DNA of 64,000 nucleotides, taken from the NCBI RefSeq assembly GCF_964204645.1, contig NC_134031.1, positions 11,844,088 through 11,908,087 of the forward strand. Direction: 5' to 3'. Numbering within the stretch: position 1 is the first letter of the stretch; each line of letters starts with the position of its first letter. The notes beneath the pieces were generated by a model. It saw nothing but the letters and a program-made list of their open reading frames with translations, was not told where the DNA came from and did no database searches. Of this stretch, positions 11,290 to 21,028 are shown one piece after another. The translations under genes were made by a program, and so were the position numbers. This DNA is from Tubulanus polymorphus. Lineage: Eukaryota; Animalia; Nemertea.

Positions 11290-11889
11290 ATGTCAAAGAA
11301 ATCTAATAAGAATAGTATTGATATTGAAAAAACATTAGATGATTTAGGTATTAGTGATAATAAAGATACAGTTGTTTCTAATTCTATTCAAGTTAATAAC
11401 AATATTGATTATGAATACTATTTATATTGTAAGCATCATCTAGAACTATTGATTGCCGGTGGAAAAACTAAAGAGTTTTTAACTAAGACTACTTTTCAAG
11501 AATTAGATGCTATGAAACCCGATAAAGTAATAAAATATTTTAAGATTTATGAAGAGGCAAGATTATCTAAAATAAATGATTCTATTTCGAATGGTATTGT
11601 CAAATGTTATTCTAAGTTATGTAACCAGTTAATACCAATTGATGATGAAAATAAATTATATAATGATTTGAAAAATGACTACTTAGTTATGACTGAATTA
11701 CAAAAATGGGTTGGTTACGCTTCATTCCAATTAGGATCGGTTATGACATTAATTTCTACTGGCGTCATAACATTTTCGAACATCAAGCCTATGGAATATA
11801 AATCAGGTAAGAACGAAACAGATGTACTACAACCAAACATCGAAACAGAAGATGAATCAGAACAAAAATTAAGTAAAATAAATGAGTGA
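11290..11889 (+). CDS. Conserved Polinton protein of unknown function (~200 aa) with hydrophobic C-terminal segment
   Basis: Homologous to 43915-44517 and 51147-51752. Confidence 0.8.
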   Translation: MSKKSNKNSIDIEKTLDDLGISDNKDTVVSNSIQVNNNIDYEYYLYCKHHLELLIAGGKTKEFLTKTTFQELDAMKPDKVIKYFKIYEEARLSKINDSISNGIVKCYSKLCNQLIPIDDENKLYNDLKNDYLVMTELQKWVGYASFQLGSVMTLISTGVITFSNIKPMEYKSGKNETDVLQPNIETEDESEQKLSKINE

Positions 11890-12244
11890 TGGAGTTAAGA
11901 AAAAGGCTAGATCCGAGAAACAAATTAAATGGGCAAGAGAATTAGGTAAAAGATCTTCAGAATTAAAAAAAGCTAAGAAAAAGAAATTAACTGATATAAA
12001 TGAATCACCTGATATTGATTCAAATGATAATCCATCTAATTCTTCTAATGCCGGAAGTAATTATAAATTATATATTACAATTGGATTAGTAACAGTTATT
12101 ATATTATCCGGTGTAATATATAAATCAAAATTCAAATCTGATGATAAAGATGATTCCAATGACAATCGGAAACCTATTATACCAGAAAATAAGTCAAATC
12201 ATAAAGTCATTGAAACTAAATCTAAATTATTATTAATGGATTAA
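11882..12244 (+). CDS. 120-aa single-pass membrane protein with basic N-terminus
   Basis: LYITIGLVTVIILSGVIY; homologues at 43560-43922 and 51700-52041. Confidence 0.78.
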   Translation: MSDGVKKKARSEKQIKWARELGKRSSELKKAKKKKLTDINESPDIDSNDNPSNSSNAGSNYKLYITIGLVTVIILSGVIYKSKFKSDDKDDSNDNRKPIIPENKSNHKVIETKSKLLLMD

Positions 12245-12250
12245 AATAGA

Positions 12251-13327
12251 ATGAAAAAAGAACAATATTTAAGAGATTTATATTATAACCCAGAAAGTGA
12301 AGTATCATATTCTAACGTTTCAGAATTATGGAATAAAATTAAATCTGATAATGGTGGTATAAAATATAGTGAATTAAAATCATGGTTACAAAATCAACCC
12401 ACATATCAAATTCATAAAAAGATGGATAAAACTTATTTAACAAGAAAAGTTATGGTTTCATATATCGATCAACAATGGCAAGCTGATTTAATTGATATGA
12501 AGAACTTAGAAGAATACAACAAAGGATATTTCTGGATACTGAATGTTATAGATATATTCAGTAGATACGCATGGAGTATCCCGATTAAAAATAAAACCGG
12601 TATAGAAGTTACAAATTCTTTCAAATTAATATTTAAAGAAGCTATCCCAGATAAAATACAATTTGATGAAGGTAAAGAATTTTATAACAAACATTTTAAA
12701 AAACTATTAATTGATAACGATGTAGAATATTTTTCAACACATTCAGATAAAAAAGCATCTGTTATAGAAAGATTTAATAAAACATTGAAAACTAGAATGT
12801 GGAAATATTTCACCGCTAATGAAACATATAAATATATCGATGAGTCTATAAATATATTAGATGATTTAGTTAAAGGTTATAATAATTCTAAACATAGTTC
12901 TATAGATATGAAACCTATACAAGCTAGAAAAGAAGAAAATTCAGAAATAGTTTGGAATAATTTATATGGAGCATTTGTTACACATGATTTTGGAGAACCT
13001 AAATTTAAAATAGGACAACACGTTAGAATTTCTAAATATCGAAAAACATTTTATAAAGGTTATACCCCTAATTTTACTGAAGAAATATTTAAAATTAAAA
13101 AGATAATATTAATGTTTGATTTAAAAGATGAAGAAATATTAGGTTATTTCTATGAACAAGAATTATCATTAGTACCAAATCCAGATGAAATAGAATACAA
13201 AATAGAAAAAGTATTGAAAACAAAAACTCTTAAAGGAAAAAAGTATTCTTTGGTGAAATATGAAGGATATGATGATAAATTTAATGAATGGATTTTATCT
13301 AGTAAAATTAAAAGAATAAATGAATAA
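12251..13327 (+). CDS. int: Retroviral-like (rve) integrase with C-terminal chromodomain
   Basis: WQADLIDM, IDIFSRYAW, QFDEGKEF, IERFNKTLK; chromo YKIEKVL...LVKYEGYDDKFNEWI. Confidence 0.95.
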   Translation: MKKEQYLRDLYYNPESEVSYSNVSELWNKIKSDNGGIKYSELKSWLQNQPTYQIHKKMDKTYLTRKVMVSYIDQQWQADLIDMKNLEEYNKGYFWILNVIDIFSRYAWSIPIKNKTGIEVTNSFKLIFKEAIPDKIQFDEGKEFYNKHFKKLLIDNDVEYFSTHSDKKASVIERFNKTLKTRMWKYFTANETYKYIDESINILDDLVKGYNNSKHSSIDMKPIQARKEENSEIVWNNLYGAFVTHDFGEPKFKIGQHVRISKYRKTFYKGYTPNFTEEIFKIKKIILMFDLKDEEILGYFYEQELSLVPNPDEIEYKIEKVLKTKTLKGKKYSLVKYEGYDDKFNEWILSSKIKRINE

Positions 13328-13931
13328 AGATTTATTTATATTTGAACCTCATAATATGTTAGTTACTGGTGTAACCAATTGTGGTAAAACACACTTCATA
13401 TTATATTTATTAGAAACTATTTATAAGAATCATTTTGATAATATAATATTATTCTGTCCTACATATGAAATGAATAAAACATATAATAGAGATATAGTTA
13501 AGATAAAAAAGTTTATTATATTAGACCCTAAAACAGTAAAAGAAAATTTAGATAATTGTATTAAAATAGGAATTGATACTTATAAAGGATCTAATACATT
13601 ATTTATTATCGATGATTGCGCAAATTTACATGATTCTGAAATTAGAGAAAGTGAGTTATGTTATTTAGCTTTCTCTGGTAGACATTTTGGGATAACAACA
13701 TGGGTTTTAAATCAGAAATATAATTCAATTGTGAAAGATTTTAGAGAGAATATAAGATTTCTAGTTTTATTCTACAACAAAGATAGAAAATCTATGCAAC
13801 AATCATTGGAAGAAAATCAAATTATACCTCCTGAATTACATGATGAATATATGAATAAATTAAAGAATAATAAAGGTTCAAAATTATTACTGAGACTACA
13901 ATTTCCATATGAATATAAATTTATAAAATAA
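13320..13931 (+). CDS. A32/FtsK-like DNA packaging ATPase
   Basis: Walker A GVTNCGKT, Walker B LFIIDD, GRH motif, Q sensor. Confidence 0.92.
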   Translation: MNKDLFIFEPHNMLVTGVTNCGKTHFILYLLETIYKNHFDNIILFCPTYEMNKTYNRDIVKIKKFIILDPKTVKENLDNCIKIGIDTYKGSNTLFIIDDCANLHDSEIRESELCYLAFSGRHFGITTWVLNQKYNSIVKDFRENIRFLVLFYNKDRKSMQQSLEENQIIPPELHDEYMNKLKNNKGSKLLLRLQFPYEYKFIK

Positions 13932-13982
13932 CTATTTGTATACCTATGTATTATATATGTATTAGATATGTATTATATACCT

Positions 13983-14563
13983 CCCCTAATGTCTTTATTA
14001 TCTTTAGTACTTTTAGTACATAAAGAATAAATCTTTATTTTATTAGTAGTGAATAAAATAAAATAGAACTACTAAACTACTAAAGATAATAAAGACATAA
14101 CAAACACATAGATTTATCATTACTGAATCAAATATATATAATAAATATGTGAGATAAATAAATCTATGATATTTATTACATCTATATGTGTTTTGTTATG
14201 TCTTTATTATCTTTAGTACTTTTAGTACATAAAGAATAAATCTTTATTTAATTAGTACTTAGAAAAATAAATATATAAATAATTTTTATAAATGATAAAT
14301 CTATGATATTTATCATTATTGAAACAGATATATATAATAAATATGTGTGATAAATAGATTTAATTATTGAAACAGTAATATATAAAATCCATCAGATGAA
14401 TAAATATAATTATTGAAACAGTGTTATATACATATTTATGTCTTTATTGTCTTTAGTAGTTTAGTAGTTTTAAAAATAATTTTATTCACTACTAATAAAA
14501 TAAAGATTTATTCTTTATGTACTAAAAGTACTAAACTACTAAAGACAATAAAGACACAAGGGG
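13983..14563. repeat. AT-rich nested inverted-repeat (fold-back) region between convergent genes
   Basis: About 120-bp terminal inverted repeats bounded by CCCC/GGGG, plus an internal direct copy at ~14197-14250. Confidence 0.7.
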
Positions 14564-14583
14564 TATTATATTCATATTTTAAA

Positions 14584-15795
14584 TTACTTTTCTGATTCTA
14601 ATTCTAAAAACAATTTGCGCCATGCAACTCTTAATTCTTGCGATCTTCTTTCACCTAATAGTTTAAAATGATAACCATTACCATTCAAACCCTTAACAAA
14701 AAATTCATAAGTTAAATAAATATATTGGTTTAATTTGTCTTCACTTATATTTTTATATTCATTTTTTGCTTCATTTCTTATTTTATTTATAACATCCTGT
14801 GAAAAATCTTCATAACTATAGTATTGAATTATTTCATCAAAGTTATCACTTATATTATCATTAGCAGCAACTTTTTTCAATTCTGTTAAAAAATCTCTCC
14901 TTTTAAATTTGATGAAATAATATATGCCCCAATAATTATTTAGATCAATTTTTATAAGCGTCCGACCAATTTTAATATCTGATAATACTTGTTTTGGATT
15001 ATTTCTTACATAATCGATAAAAATTGATCTATATAATTTCCTATGATCATTATTTTCGATATCAAAAAATGCAGATGGTACTCTATAAAGGTAATTTAAA
15101 TCAGCAGCTTTTATTGTATGTTCAAAAGAATTATCATGTTTAATTCTATCTTTAGGTAATACAACAACATTACACTTTTCACATATATTTCTTTCTATAT
15201 TATCCAAATGTATCTGTGTTAATTTATGCTTTGAAAAATTACTACGACTTATATATTTATCACATTCTTCACAATATTTATCTTCTTTAACATTATCATT
15301 ATCAATTTCACTATCATTATTTAATTCATTTAAAATCTTATTCTTATTTTTCTTATGCTTGAGTGAATTAAGATGAGTTGCCCAATTCTTATAACTTTTA
15401 TACTGTTTACATACGTCACAATATTTTTCATTTGTCTTTTTTGATTCAATATCATATGTAGAGGGTATATTATAAGATGTAGATGCTGTTACATCTTCTA
15501 TTTTATATTCAATATCATTCTTATCTTCTATTTTATATTCAATATCATTCTTATCTTCTATTTTAGTTTCAATATTATCTTCTATTTTATATTCAATATC
15601 ATTCTTATCTTCTATTTTAGGTTCAATATTATCTTCTATTTTTGTTTCAATATTCTTATCTATTTTACTTATTCTATATTTGAATTGATTAAAGTAATCT
15701 CCAAAATACTTACTGTATTCATCATAAGGTAATATATAATATATATCTGATATCATTTCACTTGGAGTTTGTATTTCATATATTCCACCTTCCAT
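14584..15795 (-). CDS. Variable protein with IEYKIEDKND-type repeats and three C2H2-like Zn fingers
   Basis: Intact 403-aa ORF; CxxC...H..S/T..H motifs; positional equivalent of 39640-40464. Confidence 0.75.
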   Translation of the reverse strand: MEGGIYEIQTPSEMISDIYYILPYDEYSKYFGDYFNQFKYRISKIDKNIETKIEDNIEPKIEDKNDIEYKIEDNIETKIEDKNDIEYKIEDKNDIEYKIEDVTASTSYNIPSTYDIESKKTNEKYCDVCKQYKSYKNWATHLNSLKHKKNKNKILNELNNDSEIDNDNVKEDKYCEECDKYISRSNFSKHKLTQIHLDNIERNICEKCNVVVLPKDRIKHDNSFEHTIKAADLNYLYRVPSAFFDIENNDHRKLYRSIFIDYVRNNPKQVLSDIKIGRTLIKIDLNNYWGIYYFIKFKRRDFLTELKKVAANDNISDNFDEIIQYYSYEDFSQDVINKIRNEAKNEYKNISEDKLNQYIYLTYEFFVKGLNGNGYHFKLLGERRSQELRVAWRKLFLELESEK

Positions 15796-15827
15796 TTATT
15801 ATATATATTTTTATTAAAGTTAAAATT

Positions 15828-17075
15828 TTAATACATAACACTATCTAATTGTGAATTTACAATATTTAATTGCGCGTCAGATATAATATAAATGTGCATT
15901 TTGAAATTTTTGATTCCTTTATTCTTTGTCATGAATAATTGTATTCCATCTTTTGTATTTTGTAGTTTTTTTCCAGAACCATGTAATAAGTTATCTTCAG
16001 TTGTTCTAAAATCTAACCATAATGCGTATTTATTACCGGTATAATAATCAATTTGATTAATGTTACAATTTTCAGATGATTTTACTTTTTCATTCATAAA
16101 ATGTTTTCTAATTTCTGGCCATTGATCCATCATTCTCATTCCTTGACAAAATATTTTATTCGCTATACCTTCAATAGTTATTTCTACTTTTGATATTTCA
16201 GGATTATAATAATTGTCAACATTTATTGCGCCATTAGTATACGTTCCATTGGTAAAAAATATTAATATACCTTTAATAGATCTTCTAGGAAAGTTAATAT
16301 TCTCATTAATTATTTCATCATTTGCATTAATAGTTACAGTTTTAAATTTATCAATATAATCATATAATAATGAAAATCCTTGATTGTATTGAGTTTGAAT
16401 TATACTTGAAATATTTTCATCAGTTACTGTATCATATTCTAAACATATATTTGATAATTTATAACTCATATCTTTATTAACACTAGATAATACAATTTCA
16501 TTTACAGGAGCAAATGTTATCTCAAATATAACGTCTTCTTGAATTGCGTATTTATATAAAGGTGCATTATTATTTATCAATTCAAAGTCTAATGGAATTT
16601 TATATTTGCTTCCATATATACTTTTTATCAATTTATCTACATCATTAGTTAATATTGCGCTATTAGCTTCTGATCTTAATTTATTTTGGTTTTCTGATTG
16701 AATTCCTTGAAATATCATATTATTTCTATTTTCTTTAGTTAACCATAAATCTTTATAATGCATAAATAAATTATAATCATCTAATGAGAAAACTGTTTCT
16801 GGACCAATCTTTATTGTTAACTTTTTAATCAAATATCTTCCAACATTATCAACGACATAATTATTATTATTACCGATTACTTTTATATCGGCTGATAAAT
16901 AAATACTATTTGGAACATAAAAAGTATTTTGTGTTAATCGAGGGATTCTAACGTATAAAGTTTCATCGGGATTAATATTTGAAGGGTTATGAGTAATTAT
17001 ATGATGTGATCTTTCTGCTTTAATAGCATTAGATATTCTATGATTCTTAGAAGGATTGATATAACTCCCACTCAT
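15828..17075 (-). CDS. Major capsid protein (putative double jelly-roll)
   Basis: Intact 415-aa beta-rich ORF, highly conserved between A, B and C; ITHNPS.I...L.VR.P.L, N.GR.LIKKLTIKI and KYALWLDFRT resemble invertebrate Polinton MCPs. Fold not verified. Confidence 0.75.
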   Translation of the reverse strand: MSGSYINPSKNHRISNAIKAERSHHIITHNPSNINPDETLYVRIPRLTQNTFYVPNSIYLSADIKVIGNNNNYVVDNVGRYLIKKLTIKIGPETVFSLDDYNLFMHYKDLWLTKENRNNMIFQGIQSENQNKLRSEANSAILTNDVDKLIKSIYGSKYKIPLDFELINNNAPLYKYAIQEDVIFEITFAPVNEIVLSSVNKDMSYKLSNICLEYDTVTDENISSIIQTQYNQGFSLLYDYIDKFKTVTINANDEIINENINFPRRSIKGILIFFTNGTYTNGAINVDNYYNPEISKVEITIEGIANKIFCQGMRMMDQWPEIRKHFMNEKVKSSENCNINQIDYYTGNKYALWLDFRTTEDNLLHGSGKKLQNTKDGIQLFMTKNKGIKNFKMHIYIISDAQLNIVNSQLDSVMY

Positions 17076-17095
17076 TTATTTAACAAAAAAATTAA

Positions 17096-18808
17096 TTATT
17101 TATTTTTTGATATCATATTTACTAAACCAAAAATAATAGCACTTACAACTGTAATTAAAAATAAAATAATATGTTCAGCAGCAAAGTTAATAATGTTTCC
17201 TACAGATTTCAATATAAAACCAACAATTGAAGCAATAACTCCTGGTAAAGCTGCAGCAGATTTTTTAGATAGTTCCCATAAATATTTTGCTAATTTCTTT
17301 AAACCATCCTTAACTTTATCTTGTATAGAATTATTACCTGGAGGTTTATCTGGTTTATTGGGAGTGGGAGTAGGAGTAGATTTTAAAGCATTTGATATTG
17401 CTAAACCAATTGTTGTAAATAACATAGTTACAGCTGTTAGAATTGAAAGAATTGTTATTCCTTCTAACTTAAATAATAACTTTATTCTGTCTTTTAATGA
17501 TATTTCAGAATCTGGTTTTATCAACAAATCTTTAAAAATAACTTTTAATTTTTTAATATGATTAAGATCATATGATTTTAATAATATATCTCTTTCTTCT
17601 TTTTGTAATTTTATGTTATATTCTAAATCATCTATTTCTTTTACTAAAGCTAACTTTCTGTTTTCATAATCAGCTTCATAAACTACTTGATGATCTCTAT
17701 TTAATTATAATTGTTTTAATTCTTCATCTACATTAACTAATTCTTTTTCTAACATGGTTATTTTAGAAAATCTCATCTTAATATTAGCAATTTCATCAGC
17801 TGATACTTGTATACCTTTAATTTCTCTACGTATTTGTTCAGGAAATGCTTCTAATTCTTCATCAGTTAAATTAACAAATCCTTTTTCTAGTAAATATTGC
17901 AGTCGATTTATTCCAGTTTCAGAACCAGATGTATCTGATATACTATTCATCAGTTCTTCTGAATCTCTTAATCTATCAATTTGTTTTTCTAATTGTAATT
18001 GATTTGAATAATTATCAATTGGTTGAGTGTCTCTTCTCGATGTTTCGGGTGTTGAAGATCTTAATCTATCTAATCGATTTCTATTCTCTTCCATTTCTGG
18101 ATCAAAATCAGTAGGATTTGGATTTTTAAATGGATTTTTAAATGGTGAATATTTGTTTATATCAATTTTAGGAATTGGTTCTTCTTTATTTATTCTATCG
18201 AGTGCATTCCATATAATTCTGAGAAATTCTGTGCCACCTTTTGAACGTTCAATTGTAGATCTTGCTCGCATTTCAGGTTCATAAATATTTTCTTGACCCA
18301 TTTTAGATAATTGAATTGATACAATTTTGTTATTTAAATTAACATTATAATACCATGAATCATTTTTAAATTCTAAATTATTTTTGAAATATGGGTCATC
18401 CTTAAAAATTTGTTCTACAACATCTTCAGTATCAATTTCATCTATTACAACTGTTGGTAATAATTCGTTAACAATTGTATCTGTTACTCTAGATTTCATT
18501 TTAAATAATTCCATAGGTTTATCAGGATTTTTTTCGTGTTGTTTTACTAATAGTTCCATAAATTCTTTTCTTTCTCTTCTAGTTGAAATTCTACCAATTT
18601 CAGGAGCTTTTAAATATTTATTTAATCTTTCACGTAATTCGGGATCATCATCATCATAATCATCATCTTCACCTTAATTAGTATTATATGCTGTTTCATC
18701 ATCATTATCAATATTAGTTTCTACATCATTATAATCATTATCAATATATCCTTCATTATTATTTCCTATTTCTCCCATTTCATAATCTTCTCCACCTTCT
18801 ACATCCAT
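17096..18808 (-). pseudogene. Large acidic/coiled-coil protein with C-terminal membrane segments; internal stops
   Basis: Starts MDVEGGEDYE at 18808; includes ORFs 17705-18559 and 17096-17527; homologous to 36819-38331. Confidence 0.7.
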
Positions 18809-18824
18809 TTATATAATAAAAAAA

Positions 18825-19271
18825 TTAAAATTTAAAATATAATATTCCTCCGATTACAATTCCTATACAAGTTATAGCTAATTTAGTATTTTCATGGGAT
18901 TTATTATCATCATTTAGTTTAATTATATCATGTTGAATAATATCAGTTCTATTATTTTCTGATGTATTGTAATCTTTTATTTTGGAATCATTATCCAATT
19001 TAATATTATTAGTTTTAGTTTCTGTTGATTGAATATGTTTTTTATTTTTTTCACCTTCCATTAATTTTGGAGCAGTGATAATCTTTTTATTTATATCATT
19101 TAATCCAAATGAATTATTTATTGTTGCAGTTTTAATTAGATTATTGTTATGTCTTCTTTGTTCTCCTAATGAACTATTTTTATCAATATGTTTAAATAAA
19201 TAACCACCACCAGTAAATGCCAAAGCGTTAACAATTGCCGATCCTATAATAGTTATAATTGCAGAAGCCAT
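18825..19271 (-). CDS. Deletion-generated fusion ORF
   Basis: N-terminus equals 34537-34661; C-terminus equals ~36482-36801 of copy C. Confidence 0.8.
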   Translation of the reverse strand: MASAIITIIGSAIVNALAFTGGGYLFKHIDKNSSLGEQRRHNNNLIKTATINNSFGLNDINKKIITAPKLMEGEKNKKHIQSTETKTNNIKLDNDSKIKDYNTSENNRTDIIQHDIIKLNDDNKSHENTKLAITCIGIVIGGILYFKF

Positions 19272-19295
19272 TTATTTAGCAAAAAAATTATGCAT

Positions 19296-19517
19296 TTATA
19301 TGGGAGGAATATATTTTTGTTTTTCCAAATAATCAATAGTTAAATTAGATAAAGTAACTGCCAATGTTAATTTTAAAATATCATTTATATCAAATCTATC
19401 AACATTAACACTTCCCATTTTGAATACTTTTTTTAATACCATTGAATAACCAACAGTTCCAACTGATAGTAATGCGCCATTATATAATCCAGTTATTATC
19501 CACTTATTATTACTCAT
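19296..19517 (-). CDS. 73-aa small hydrophobic protein
   Basis: Homologous to 34291-34512; preceded by TAAATG. Confidence 0.72.
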   Translation of the reverse strand: MSNNKWIITGLYNGALLSVGTVGYSMVLKKVFKMGSVNVDRFDINDILKLTLAVTLSNLTIDYLEKQKYIPPI

Positions 19518-19859
19518 TTATTTATCAAAAAAATTACTATCATCAAAATATTTAGTTAACTTATTTACGATTAATTCAACATTTATATCATTACTAGTTT
19601 CATTTGTATATATTTCAATATCATCGATGATAAAATCTTCATCTAATTCATAAAATCTTAAAGATTCTCTAATTAAATTAGTAATCTTTTCTACATTTAA
19701 AGTTTCTTCATCTATTGTTGTTTCATACTCAAATGTTGTTTCATTAGAAAATGCAATATTTTTGATATGTGTAATTACATCATTAATGTTAAATTTCATT
19801 TCTTTCTCATGTTTAAAATCAAACCCAAAACATATACTCGGTCCAACAGTTATATTCAT
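19518..19859 (-). CDS. 113-aa acidic protein of unknown function
   Basis: Homologous to 33936-34290. Confidence 0.7.
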   Translation of the reverse strand: MNITVGPSICFGFDFKHEKEMKFNINDVITHIKNIAFSNETTFEYETTIDEETLNVEKITNLIRESLRFYELDEDFIIDDIEIYTNETSNDINVELIVNKLTKYFDDSNFFDK

Positions 19860-19875
19860 TTATATAATGAAAAAA

Positions 19876-20628
19876 TTACTCTTTACATCTTATAATTAAT
19901 TCATATATCACAGGAAAGTTATTCAAATCAATTAAATATCCATTGTGATTTCTTATTTCTAACTTGAAATTATTAAATTTTGGAATACAAGGTTTGAAAT
20001 CACATTCTGTTAAATTATAATTTATTTGAGTTCCAAATTGTTTAACATTTTTTAGCGGTTAAATATTTAGAATACTAGAATTACAAATTGTTTCTTTAGT
20101 TGCTTCGAAAGTTTTTGTAGGCTCGATTAAATTGCAATAAATATAAGTGTGTAAAAGGTATTATATTTGAGCTGCCTTCTGCGTTTCCAGTAACTGTAAG
20201 CGGTTTAATTCCTAACATTTTAGCCAGTTTTTGTTTACCATAAATTTATGTTGTTCATTAGATATCTTTATTCTAATTTTATTAGTATTATCAATTTTAT
20301 TAAATTAAATTTCAAATACAGAAGTGCCCCCGATTTTCAACCGGGCTCTTCTATTAATTTCCTGCGCTAATGATTCTAAATTATATAATCCTGGTTTTAA
20401 AAATATATGAAACCACTTATCTTTATTTCTCATATAAATCATAAACCCTCTATGTTCAAAAGTTTTATCCGATACATTGTAAAAAGAATTACATAAACTT
20501 ATATTAACTAATTTTAAATCAACACAATTCTTAAATTCTCTATCTAATTGTACTAGTAAATTATGAGATTTATAATTTGTAAGTTTTCTAGAATCAACAA
20601 ATATTCTGTATTCTTTTAATTCCACCAT
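19876..20628 (-). pseudogene. Minor capsid (penton-like) protein, disrupted
   Basis: IFVDSR...VQLDREFKN..LKLVNISLCNSFYNV and later YIYCNLI, consistent with single jelly-roll mCPs; stops and frameshifts. Confidence 0.65.
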
Positions 20629-20645
20629 TTATTTTACATATTTTC

Positions 20646-20999
20646 TCATTCGAAATCTATTTCATGGTGCCCTTTTTCATTCTTACCTTTGAATACGAAA
20701 TAGAAATCTCCAGAACATAATTCTTCTAAATCTTCACTTGATAATCTATGAAATCTATCCGGTAAATATGTTCTGAATTTATATGTATTTCCTTTTAATC
20801 CTTCATATTCTAAGTGTATAACTAATTTATCTCCATATTTGTTAGCAACTGTATCAATATTTGTAATTAGATATTTCTTATGGATTGTTAATTCTGTTAA
20901 CTTTTTGAATTTATAATCTACAGATTTTACATTTGTAGTATCTTTTATTCTATCTAGAAATGATTTGTTGTTCTCACTGTTTGCTTGTTTACTCTCCAT
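20646..20999 (-). CDS. 117-aa conserved Polinton protein, possibly OB-fold ssDNA-binding
   Basis: FKKL.EL...KKY.I...NKYG.KLV..L...YLPDRF; homologues at 32791, 53083 and 63337. Function is inferred. Confidence 0.7.
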   Translation of the reverse strand: MESKQANSENNKSFLDRIKDTTNVKSVDYKFKKLTELTIHKKYLITNIDTVANKYGDKLVIHLEYEGLKGNTYKFRTYLPDRFHRLSSEDLEELCSGDFYFVFKGKNEKGHHEIDFE

Positions 21000-21028
21000 T
21001 TTAATAACATATTTTTATTAAAATTTGA

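Noticed and set aside
17040-18659. Plus-strand ORFs antisense to Polinton genes (also 3332-3517, 4195-4458, 8349-8750, 21502-21684, 32106-32288, 56971-57549)
   Set aside because: Shadow frames of recognised genes with no motifs.
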